From an uncultured Bacteroidales bacterium (GTDB lineage: Bacteria; Bacteroidota; Bacteroidia; Bacteroidales; UBA12077): a stretch of DNA of 64,000 nt. The stretch's first letter is position 1. Every line of letters starts with the position of its first letter. A model generated the notes under the pieces. The model was not told the DNA's origin. It was given only the letters and a program-made list of their open reading frames with translations, and made no database searches. The translations under genes and the position numbers were made by a program. The DNA lies in contig CAZPMA010000002.1 of assembly GCA_964587535.1 (NCBI GenBank), positions 4,847-68,846 of the forward strand. The letters run 5' to 3'. Below are positions 9,338 to 19,300 of the stretch, in pieces.

Positions 9338-11707
9338 TTATTTATAATCATAGCTATAACCATATCCATATCCATAGTTATAACTATAACTTTTATTTTT
9401 TGTATTTATATCATTAATAATCACATTAATATTCTTAATTTTTTTCTTCTCTAAACTTGTAAACAAATGAGAAATCATCTTTTTCCTTGAGTAATTGTGT
9501 CGGACTATAAATACATTCCTATCAGCAAATTTTTCTAATAATAATGCATCAGAAACAATGCCTACAGGTGGTGTATCAATTATTATATAATCGAATCGTT
9601 CTTTTAGTTCTGCAAACAAACCCTTTGTTTTTGATGAAGCAATAAGCTCAGATGGATTTGGTGGTATAGGTCCGGTTGGTATTAAGTTTAAATTTGGAAT
9701 TTCTGTTTCAAATATTATTTCATCTAAGGTACAGTTTCCACTTAAGTATGTGCTAATTCCGTAATCATTATAAAGCTTCATTAGTTTTGAAACCGAGGGT
9801 CTTCTTAAATCAAAACTTAGTAAAACTACTTTTTTCTCATACAATGCAAAACTTGATGCCAGGTTAAGGGAAACAAAGCTTTTACCTTCTTCCATCATTG
9901 TTGAAGTTATCATGATTACGGGACTCTTTATTTCGCCCAAAACATATTGAAAGTTTGTTCTTAATGATCTAAATGACTCTGCTATAATTGAATTAGGTAA
10001 GTTATGTACAACCAATTGATCTTTTTCTTTATTGTGAATAATATTCCCCAAAATCGGTTTATCAATGATCTTTTCAATATCAGAAATGTCTACTATTTTA
10101 TCGTTAAAATAATCGTAAAGCAAAATGAAAGAAACAGGTAAGCCCAAACCTAAAATCATTCCAAGTAATAGTATTATTTTTTTATTGGGAGAAATTGGTC
10201 CTGGATTAACAAGTTTTGGATAATCAATAACTTCATTCTCAGGAAAATTAGAAGCTTTTGCAATTTGCAACTCAGATTTTTTCTTTAATAGAAATGTATA
10301 TATGGCATCTTGCAATTGAAATTCTCTCTCATAAGTAAACAATTGACGTTGTGTTTCAGGTAAATTCTGAACTTCTATTGTTAATTTCTCTATTCGTTCA
10401 TTTATGTCGTTCAAAGATATATTGGCTCTATCAATTGAATTTAAAATATTTTCGAGCAAAGTATTTTTCTGGTTTTCAATCTTCATTTTAACACTCTCTA
10501 AATAAGGATTGTCCTTTTTAGAGTTTACCATGATATCCACCTTTTCTGAATAAAGCCTGGTAAGTTCAATAATTAGATTATTTAGTAACTGATCATCAAC
10601 CCCCATTGAAGAAGGGGCTATTATATCTTGAAAATCCTTATTATTTGTTAGATATTCTTGTAAATATGTGTAATATTTTTGCTTTAATATTAATTCTGCT
10701 TTCTGGTTTTGTAATTTTTCCAGATTCTGATATGCCTGCTGAGACTGAAAATCAATATTCATAACTTGTTGCGATGATCTATATGACTCCAGGTTAGCCT
10801 CTGCTTTTCTTAAAGAATCTGCTATGGTTTTAATCTGACTATCAATAAATTCAATTGTATTTACTGCAATTGTATTTTTTTTCTCTACACCACGATTTAA
10901 GTACACATCAATTAATTTATTTAGATAATCCACAGACTTACTTACATTGGCTCCATCATAATTGATTTTTATTACTGAAGAGTATTTAATATCTTCTATT
11001 TGTATTTGCCTGAACTCTTGCACTAGAGATTCTAATGTTCTAAATCGAAAAATGTAGTTTTTATCTGTTTGTATATTTTGTTTCTCAACAATCTTAAATT
11101 TAAAATAACTATTTGTATAATAATTGCCAGCATCAATAGTATCCTCTAATTCGTAATTATATAGTATCTGTTTTATTTCATTAGTAAAAAACAAATAGGT
11201 AGCACATTCTTCTGATGATGCCCATATATGGTATTTTCCATTTTGTATTTTTTGAACATTAATCTCAATTTCCGGAATTTGAACATGTGCCGAATCAAAC
11301 AGAATAACAAAAGGTGAATTTTTATATATCTCTGTTGTATTATAATTATTCTTTTCATAATAAGAAATCGTAAAATCCAATTCCCTAATAGTTCTCTCGG
11401 CAAGTGCATATGAATGTAAAATCTCTATCTCATTTCTCAACTTATACTCAGCCATTGAGCTAAAAGGAGATACTGCATTTTGAATTATTGCATCGGCATC
11501 CATTAAAGATTTTTCATCTTTTATTAAAAGAGAAGCTCCTACTCTGTATATCGGAATAGATGTTTTAATATAAAAGAATGCAATTAATATCCCTATAATA
11601 AGAGTTATTGGATATATATACCAAAATCTTAAAAGCCTAAAAATATAGGCTTTTAAGTCGATTGATTCTTCTTCGAAGTTTTGAAAATGTGTTGTTGTAT
11701 CTGACAT
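9338..11707 (-). CDS. wzc: Polysaccharide co-polymerase / tyrosine autokinase (Wzc/GumC-like)
   Basis: 789 aa. Two TM segments flank a long coiled-coil periplasmic region. The C-terminal P-loop kinase domain has ITSTMMEEGKS (Walker A) and IIIDTPP (Walker B-like), and there is a tyrosine cluster tail YSYNYGYGYGYSYDYK. Confidence 0.85.
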   Translation of the reverse strand: MSDTTTHFQNFEEESIDLKAYIFRLLRFWYIYPITLIIGILIAFFYIKTSIPIYRVGASLLIKDEKSLMDADAIIQNAVSPFSSMAEYKLRNEIEILHSYALAERTIRELDFTISYYEKNNYNTTEIYKNSPFVILFDSAHVQIPEIEINVQKIQNGKYHIWASSEECATYLFFTNEIKQILYNYELEDTIDAGNYYTNSYFKFKIVEKQNIQTDKNYIFRFRTLESLVQEFRQIQIEDIKYSSVIKINYDGANVSKSVDYLNKLIDVYLNRGVEKKNTIAVNTIEFIDSQIKTIADSLRKAEANLESYRSSQQVMNIDFQSQQAYQNLEKLQNQKAELILKQKYYTYLQEYLTNNKDFQDIIAPSSMGVDDQLLNNLIIELTRLYSEKVDIMVNSKKDNPYLESVKMKIENQKNTLLENILNSIDRANISLNDINERIEKLTIEVQNLPETQRQLFTYEREFQLQDAIYTFLLKKKSELQIAKASNFPENEVIDYPKLVNPGPISPNKKIILLLGMILGLGLPVSFILLYDYFNDKIVDISDIEKIIDKPILGNIIHNKEKDQLVVHNLPNSIIAESFRSLRTNFQYVLGEIKSPVIMITSTMMEEGKSFVSLNLASSFALYEKKVVLLSFDLRRPSVSKLMKLYNDYGISTYLSGNCTLDEIIFETEIPNLNLIPTGPIPPNPSELIASSKTKGLFAELKERFDYIIIDTPPVGIVSDALLLEKFADRNVFIVRHNYSRKKMISHLFTSLEKKKIKNINVIINDINTKNKSYSYNYGYGYGYSYDYK

Positions 11708-11738
11708 ATTTATAAAACAATTTTACCCTAAATATTTT

Positions 11739-12515
11739 TTACTTAAATAAAACATATACGATGGCAGCTGTTGATATTGTCGACAAGAATAATGAATATG
11801 GAAAATTCTGGAAGGTAAACGATTTACTATTTAATGGTTCGATATAAACAACATCGTTTGGTAACAAATAATATTGATCCGACTGTAAAACTCCATTATC
11901 TGTTAAATCGATGTAATAAAGTTCTGAACCAGTTAATGTTTGCCTTACCAATTTTACTTTTTGCAGGTTCCCAAAATTTGTTGTTCCTCCAGCCTGAGCA
12001 ACTGCCTGCAAAATATTTATCTGTTTATTTTCTATAATAAAGGTTCCCGGATTGTCAACTTCGCCAAGTACAGAAATTCTATAATTAACTAATTTAACTA
12101 CTACCGTCGCTTCCTTAAAGTACTCGTTTACTTTATTCTGAAGTAAGTCATTAACTTCTTTCACAGTCATTCCCTTTACATAAACTTTATCAATAAATGA
12201 AAAATTAATATATCCATCTTCCTCAACACGATAGCTATTTAAATTCTGATATGTTGCTGTCATTGGATTTGGAAAATCTGTTTGAAATAGTCTGCTTGTC
12301 TTTTGGTCTACACTATGTACTTTAATATAAAGTTGATCTCCAGGTTGTAAGAAATATGCTGTATTTCTGTTGTTTACAAATCCGGAAGAAACATCTTCAA
12401 CTGATTTTTCTTGTAACAATTGTACTTTTTTTTGAGAGACACAAGATGAAAATAACACTGCTACGATAAGCATTCTAGCCACAATTTTTAGGGTATAAAT
12501 CGTCTTTGTTTTCAT
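11739..12515 (-). CDS. wza: Polysaccharide export outer-membrane lipoprotein (Wza-like, Poly_export + SLBB)
   Basis: 258 aa. Lipobox (LFSSC). YFLQPGDQLYIKV... and ISVLGEVDNPGTFII motifs are typical of Wza/KpsD-type exporters. Lies directly upstream of wzc. Confidence 0.8.
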   Translation of the reverse strand: MKTKTIYTLKIVARMLIVAVLFSSCVSQKKVQLLQEKSVEDVSSGFVNNRNTAYFLQPGDQLYIKVHSVDQKTSRLFQTDFPNPMTATYQNLNSYRVEEDGYINFSFIDKVYVKGMTVKEVNDLLQNKVNEYFKEATVVVKLVNYRISVLGEVDNPGTFIIENKQINILQAVAQAGGTTNFGNLQKVKLVRQTLTGSELYYIDLTDNGVLQSDQYYLLPNDVVYIEPLNSKSFTFQNFPYSLFLSTISTAAIVYVLFK

Positions 12516-12535
12516 GATATGATTGTTTTTATGTT

Positions 12536-14602
12536 TTATTTTACATTTACTTTTTTACCATTTTCATATGCCACTATAAAAGCATCACTTACTCCAGATA
12601 TATTTTTTAATTCAACGGCTTGTCTAAAACTATCATAATTACCTATTGAGTATTTAAACCAACTATCTTCCTGAATTAGAAAAATTGTTTCTTCAATACA
12701 ACATATCCTTTTCAGTTGTTTTTCAGATAGCTCTTTTGAACTAGCGGCTATTTGTACTTTATATTTTTTTGTAGTATTTGATTTTATCCAATCAGAATTA
12801 ATTACCGGGTCGTAACAAAGTGTTGATCTTTTCGCATTTAAGACATTCACCTTTTCGTCACCTTTAAAAGCAATTATAAATGCTCCCTTAACACCACAAG
12901 TACTCATAAACTTTTTAGCTTCTTCAAAGCTGTCAAATTCTCCTATTGAATATTTATACCAACCGCTTTCCTTAAATTTGTTAATTTTCTTGTATCCCGA
13001 ATAAATCTCATGCAACTTATCTGTCGATAATGGTTCCATATCTGCAGCAATTTGTATTTTAAATACAATTTTATTTTCTGTTCCCAACTTCCCTTTTAAT
13101 ACTCCAGGTATAGAAACTTTCTTACCATCTTTATAAGCCACAACGAATGCTCCTTCAACATTTACAGAGTTTTTAAGGTCCACTGCCTGTTTATAATTTG
13201 AATATTGTCCTATAGAGTATTTATACCAATTATCTTCTTCGATTAAATCAACCTTTTCATTACCATTGTAGATGTCAGCTAAGGTTTCATTTGAAAGTTT
13301 TTTCCTTGCTGCTGAAATTTGCACCTTAAATATTACATCTTTGGTAGAAATCGAAACTGTTTCTGAAGGTTTTGGAGAAACTTTTTTTGTTCTGCTTTTT
13401 CTTAGTAACGCAATTAAATCAACTTTAACGCCATTTTTATAGGCAACAACAAATGCATCTGTTTCTCCTAAGCTAATTCTAAACTGATCTGCTAACTTGA
13501 AAGTTTCAAAATCACCAATTGAATATTTAAACCAACCTTCCTCATTTAGCATTGAAACTTTTTTGTTACCATTATAAATTTTCTGCAGCATGTGTTGGCT
13601 TAATTTCTTTTTGTCTGCTGCAATCTGAACCTTAAATATTATATCAGCATAAACCGATTTATCTGCATATTGATCTTGTTCATTGATAATTTTTTGATCA
13701 ATATTCCTACCAGCATCAACATTTCCATCCTTTTTTTCTTGTGTTATTGTTTCTTCAATTATATTTTCGGCAAGATTATCCGATCCATCAAGAGTCTGTT
13801 CTTTTGCACTTTTAGAAGCAATTTCTTCTTGTCTTTCTGCTATTTCTGTATATAAATAATTATCCCATGTATTCCTTATGGCTTCAGAAGAAGCATTTCC
13901 TGAATATATTTGTTTACGAAAAATATCGACAGGAATAATTGTATCGTTACTTTTTATATAATTGAGATATGATTTAAGAAGTTCTTCATTTACTACAAAA
14001 TTCGGATCATCATTTTTAATTTCGACTTGTGGTTTTGTTTCAAATTCCTGTTCGCCTCTATAAATATCAATTAATTCCTTTTGCTTTGATAATCCTGAAC
14101 TTTCATAATCCTGTGCAGATAACAATTTTTCAAGTTTCACTTCTGAGTCATCATCAATTTGAATGGCTTCATTTCTCAACTTTTCGGCTTTATAAAATAA
14201 TTCTTTAACTTCTTCTTCTATCAAGTTTAATTCAATAGGAACTTCTTTATTTGCTGAATATTGTGTTTTATATTCAGGCAGAATATTTAATAAAATTTTG
14301 TGTTCTAAGAAATTAGCTTCTTTTTGTAAGCCGAGAGCCTCTATTTGTAATGAAATTGCCTTTTCTTTTAGCTTGGCTATTTTTTCTACATCTTCTCCAC
14401 CAGCTTCTTGTTCAGCTATTTCTGAATATATAGCATTAGCCTTATCAATTATTTTTTGCGCATCTTGATTTAGCTTTCTGGCTTTCTCAATCTTCTTCAT
14501 ATCTTCTTTATCAAGTTGCAAATCATCATACGAAAATCCCAACAAAATAATACTTGATATTATAATTAAAAAAGCTACATATGATTTAACTTTCAGAAAC
14601 AT
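12536..14602 (-). CDS. Membrane-anchored coiled-coil protein with four tandem SPOR-like (peptidoglycan-binding) repeats
   Basis: 688 aa. N-terminal TM helix, then about 300 aa of K/E-rich coiled coil. Four repeats follow the pattern (I/V)FK(V/I)QI(A/S)A...LS....L..IY.G......(E/Q)E..W(Y/F)KYSIG.(F/Y)..(F/Y)..A........G...AF(V/I)(V/I)A(Y/F).(N/D)G.KV, starting near residues 318, 418, 506 and 608. Confidence 0.65.
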   Translation of the reverse strand: MFLKVKSYVAFLIIISSIILLGFSYDDLQLDKEDMKKIEKARKLNQDAQKIIDKANAIYSEIAEQEAGGEDVEKIAKLKEKAISLQIEALGLQKEANFLEHKILLNILPEYKTQYSANKEVPIELNLIEEEVKELFYKAEKLRNEAIQIDDDSEVKLEKLLSAQDYESSGLSKQKELIDIYRGEQEFETKPQVEIKNDDPNFVVNEELLKSYLNYIKSNDTIIPVDIFRKQIYSGNASSEAIRNTWDNYLYTEIAERQEEIASKSAKEQTLDGSDNLAENIIEETITQEKKDGNVDAGRNIDQKIINEQDQYADKSVYADIIFKVQIAADKKKLSQHMLQKIYNGNKKVSMLNEEGWFKYSIGDFETFKLADQFRISLGETDAFVVAYKNGVKVDLIALLRKSRTKKVSPKPSETVSISTKDVIFKVQISAARKKLSNETLADIYNGNEKVDLIEEDNWYKYSIGQYSNYKQAVDLKNSVNVEGAFVVAYKDGKKVSIPGVLKGKLGTENKIVFKIQIAADMEPLSTDKLHEIYSGYKKINKFKESGWYKYSIGEFDSFEEAKKFMSTCGVKGAFIIAFKGDEKVNVLNAKRSTLCYDPVINSDWIKSNTTKKYKVQIAASSKELSEKQLKRICCIEETIFLIQEDSWFKYSIGNYDSFRQAVELKNISGVSDAFIVAYENGKKVNVK

Positions 14603-14757
14603 ATAACAAACTTAATTACTGAACGTTGGCACCATAAACCGGCAAATGTTAGCTATGCAGGTATAATTTTAAATGAAGCATTACAACATTCATAAATAAT
14701 AATAAGAATTACAATTTATGAATATTGTTATTTATTAACAAACAATAATGATTTATA

Positions 14758-15999
14758 TCACCTTTTATGAGTTTGTATTACACTCAAGATTTTATCAGTT
14801 GCACCACACTTATCCTTAACATACTCAGATGCCTTTTTGCCTATTTCATTTAATTTCGAGTTTGCTAACAAATTATTTAGCTTCTCATATAAACTATTGT
14901 ATGAATTAATAGAGAAAGCAGCTTTTATTTCGATTAAATCTATTGCTTCCTGAAATTTTAAATAATTTGGCCCAAACAAAATTGGCAAACCAAATGTGGC
15001 AGCTTCAAGTGTATTATGTATTCCCTTTCCAAATCCACCTCCAATAAATGCCAAATCACCATATTTATATAGAGATGACAATAAACCTATACTGTCGATG
15101 ATTAATATATTGGCTTGCTCAATATTATTTTCATTTGCTGCAGAATATCTTAGTACATTGAACTCATCTTTAAATGAATTCTCAATCCTTCTCATATTCT
15201 CGCTGTGTATTTCGTGAGGAGCAATAATAAATTTAACTTTAAAAGAAGTCTCATTAAGGTATTTTATCAGAATTTCTTCATCGGGTTTCCATGTACTTCC
15301 TGCGATTAAAGTAAGAGCTCCTGATCTAAATTTTTCAATTAATTCTAATGATTTTGTTTGCTTAGATATCTCATTAACCCTGTCAAATCTTGTATCCCCA
15401 CTTATTGTTACATTGTTAAATCCTATTGAGTTCATTAATTCTTTTGAAAGATTATTCTGAACAAAAAAGTGTGTAAAAAACCGGAGCATCTTTTTAGGTC
15501 TTCTAGTATATGATTTAAAGAAATACTGATCTTTTCTAAATATCCCAGACACAAGGTATAATGGTATTTGATTTTTATTTATTTCTTTAAGAAAATAATA
15601 CCAAAACTCGTATTTAATAAAAAAAACAATCTTTGGGTTCACCGTTTTTACAAATACTTTTGCATTTCTGGGTGTATCGATAGGTAAGTAATATATATAA
15701 TCTGCCTTTTCATAGTTTTTTCTAATCTCAAAGCCAGATGGGGAATAAAAGGTTAACAATATTTTATATTCCGGATATTTTTCTTTGAATTTCTCAATTA
15801 CGGGTCTTCCTTGTTCAAATTCACCTAATGATGCACAATGAAACCAGGCAATGTTTTCATTTTTATTGATTTTCTTATCTATTTTCTTTAATAAACCTTT
15901 TCTTCCTTTTATCCAGAACCTAGCTTTTGAATTAAAAATAGAAGCAACTGCAATTAAAACATATAAAATATGCATTCCAAGTATATAAAATATAGGCAT
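14758..15999 (-). CDS. waaA: 3-deoxy-D-manno-octulosonic acid (Kdo) transferase
   Basis: 413 aa. N-terminal TM helix plus WFHCASLGEFEQGRPVIE and SPSG motifs characteristic of KdtA/WaaA. C-terminal GT-B half has GGGFGKGIHNTLEAATFGLPILFGPN. Confidence 0.85.
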   Translation of the reverse strand: MPIFYILGMHILYVLIAVASIFNSKARFWIKGRKGLLKKIDKKINKNENIAWFHCASLGEFEQGRPVIEKFKEKYPEYKILLTFYSPSGFEIRKNYEKADYIYYLPIDTPRNAKVFVKTVNPKIVFFIKYEFWYYFLKEINKNQIPLYLVSGIFRKDQYFFKSYTRRPKKMLRFFTHFFVQNNLSKELMNSIGFNNVTISGDTRFDRVNEISKQTKSLELIEKFRSGALTLIAGSTWKPDEEILIKYLNETSFKVKFIIAPHEIHSENMRRIENSFKDEFNVLRYSAANENNIEQANILIIDSIGLLSSLYKYGDLAFIGGGFGKGIHNTLEAATFGLPILFGPNYLKFQEAIDLIEIKAAFSINSYNSLYEKLNNLLANSKLNEIGKKASEYVKDKCGATDKILSVIQTHKR

Positions 16000-16269
16000 A
16001 ACAGTGGTTTTTGATTCTTTTTTTCAAAATTAAGAGACTTATTTCGTTTTTTATACTATTTCTAAATATAATTTAACAAAATTCTTTATCTCATTGATTT
16101 ATTGCATGTTTCATGGATAACATTGTTTAAAATAAGCTATTATATGATATTTTTTATCCTATCAATTCTAATATTTTTTAACAATAATCTTGTTTATTAA
16201 AGATTTTTTTTAATTTTAGGCATCAATAAATAAGAATTTCTTGATACCCTAACCCTAAAATTTAAACCC

Positions 16270-16305
16270 AAAGGTCTTCATCTCAAGAAGACCTTTCTTT
16301 TTTTT
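16270..16305 (+). terminator. Orphan rho-independent terminator-like hairpin with no annotated upstream + strand gene
   Basis: AAAGGTCTTC-atctcaa-GAAGACCTTT (10-bp perfect stem, 16270-16296) followed by CTTTTTTTT. It lies in the divergent region between waaA (minus) and the 1149-aa OMP gene (plus). Confidence 0.55.
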
Positions 16306-16388
16306 ACTACTCATATTAATTATTTCCAACATTTAAAATAAATTTCCGTTCTTTAATTGTTTATATTTAATCAACAAAAGAGTCTGTT

Positions 16389-19300
16389 TTGCATAAGACA
16401 TTAATATATATATTGTTATTAGCTATTCCTTTTTGCGGTTCTTCTCAGAATTTAAGCAATGTAAGAACTAAGTATATAAACATCTATAATGATACTATAA
16501 AGATTGATTCTTTAAGTTTAATACCCAATTCGGAAATTATCATCAATGACAATAGTGTAGTTTCAAAAAATCATTATTCTATTAACTATCCCGATGCGCT
16601 TCTAATCTTATCAGATTCAATTTACTTTTTAACAAAACAATTAAAAATTACTTACAGGGTTTTTCCTGTTAATTTTCAAGAAGAATCTTATTATCGAAAA
16701 AAAGAAAAAACAATTATTACCGGTCCGGTGTTGGCTGTGCCCAAATCTGTTTCAACTAATCTTAACCCAAATTTTTTTACCGACAATCATTTAAACAAGC
16801 AAGGAAGTATATCAAGAGGAATTACCATAGGAAACAATCAGGATGCTGTAATAAATTCTAATTTAAATATTCAGTTAACAGGTAAGTTAAATGATAAAGT
16901 AAACATTCTAGCTGCAATCTCCGACGAAAATATTCCTATTCAGCCAGATGGAAATTCTCAGCAAATACAAGAGTTTGATAAAATTTTTATACAATTATAC
17001 AATGAAAAGACAAAGCTTATTGCAGGAGATTTTATGATATCCAAGCCTGAAGGTTATTTCTTAAATCTTAATAAGAAAGCTCAAGGGGGGCTTTTTAGCA
17101 CAAATATATCAAGCAAAAAAAGCAAAGACATAAAAATAACAAGTACAGTAAGCGGAGCTTTTTCTAAAGGTAAATATTGCAGAAAATCATTTCAAGGACA
17201 AGAAGGAAATCAAGGTCCATATAAACTTACAGGATGCGAAAACGAACAATTTATTATTGTTCTTGCCGGCTCTGAAAGAGTATATATTAATGGTAAGCTT
17301 AAAAGTCGCGGACAAGAATATGATTACACAATAAATTATAATACCGGTGAAATAATATTTACTTCAAATCAACCTATAAACAAAGATTCAAGAATTGCAG
17401 TTGAATTTGAGTATTCTGAACAGAGCTACTCACGATACATGCTTTATACAGCTAATACAATAAAAACTAAAAAAGGGAAGATCTGGATTAATGCTTTTTC
17501 GGAACAAGACAGCAAAACGCAACCATTAAATCAGGATTTAACAAATGAACAAAAGGAAATATTAAATAAATCTGGAGATAATATTGAAAATGCATTTGCT
17601 GAAAACATTGACAGCGTTGGCTTTAACAGTGATTTTGTTTTATATGAAAAAACTGACACCTTGGTCTCAACAGTAAATTACACTATTTACAAATACTCTA
17701 CCAACCCACAAAAAGCCTTTTATCAAATTGGATTTAGCTATGTGGGAGAAAATAAAGGAAATTATATTCAAACACAAACTTCTGCCAATGGAAAAGTTTT
17801 TAAATGGATTGCTCCGATTGATAATGTTCCGCAAGGGAATTATGAACCAATAAGACTTTTAGTATCTCCAAAAAAGATACAGTTATTTAATTTTGGTGGA
17901 AATTTAAAAATTAATGAAAAAACAAGAACATTTTTTGAAGTTGCCTTTAGCAACTACGATATCAATACTTTTTCAGACAAAGATGCTTCAGACAATGTGG
18001 GTTATGGTTTGAAAGTGAATGCTGAACAAAAACTATTTGCAAAAGATACAAGCAGAAATGCATTATACACAAACATTTCGTATCAGTTGTTAGATGAAAA
18101 CTTTACCACCCCGGAAAAGTTCAGAAGTGTTGAATTTGACAGAGACTGGAATTTACATTCAGATTTACAAGGGAACGAACATTTAGCAGAAATTGATCTA
18201 AACTACAGACACAAAAATAATGTGTATACAAATTATGGTTTTAGTTATTTAGAAAGAACTTCAATGTACGAAGGATATAAAAATCGATTAAATTTCAGTT
18301 TATATAAATCAGGATATAATTTCGGGTTTAATTCCAGCATTTTAAATACCAGTTCAAACCAATACAATACTCAATTTATTAGATACTTAGCTAATTTATC
18401 AAAATCATTTCAAAAAATATCGTTAGGATTAGAAAATGAGTATGAAAATAATCAGTGGACTCAACAATCTGATAGTCTGTATTTAACTAGCTTTCGTTTT
18501 TCGTCATATAAAATGTATGTTCAAAATTCTGATTCTACCATAAATAAATACTTTGCAAGTTATACGTTAAGAGATGATTATCTGCCATATAATAATAATC
18601 TTTCACATAGTTCAAAAGCAGAAGACTTCAGTATTGGTTTTGGATTGCTAAAAAATCCAAATAGTATTCTAAGAGCAAAAGTTAATTATCGATTACTAAA
18701 TATAATTGACACATCCATTATTAACCAAGCTGATGAGAAGACTTTAACCGGAAGAATTGATTATTCCTTCAAACTATTTAAAGGCACAATTTCTTCGTTT
18801 ACTTTTTACGAAGCAGGTTCAGGTCTGGAGCCCAAAAGAGAATATTCCTATGTAAAAGTTGCAAATGGTCAGGGAATATATTCATGGACAGACTACAACA
18901 GCAATAATGTTGCTGAATTAGATGAATTTGAAATTGCAAAATTTCAAGATGAAGCAAATTATATAAGAATATATACTCCTAGTAATGAATATATTAAATC
19001 ATACTCAAACGAATTTAGTCAAATTTTCAACATACGACCTTCTTCTATTTGGAGATCGAAAAATGATTTAAGAAAAATTCTGTCATTATTCTCCAACAAT
19101 TTTGCATACTCCATAAAACAAAAATCGACAAATGATGATCTAAAAAAAAGTTTAAATCCATTTTATGTTGATAATAACAGTAAATCTGTTATTAATCTCA
19201 ATCAGAATTTTAGAAACACTTTTTCATTTAACAGCTTAAAATCTAAATTGGGTATTGATTATATATATCAAAACAACCATAATAATATTTTACTTTCAAA

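Noticed and set aside
9338-9400. Apparent short tandem repeat (CCATAT/CATAGC-like periodicity) at the 3' end of wzc.
   Set aside because: It encodes the YSYNYGYGYGYSYDYK tyrosine cluster typical of Wzc autokinases. It is a functional coding feature, not a microsatellite.
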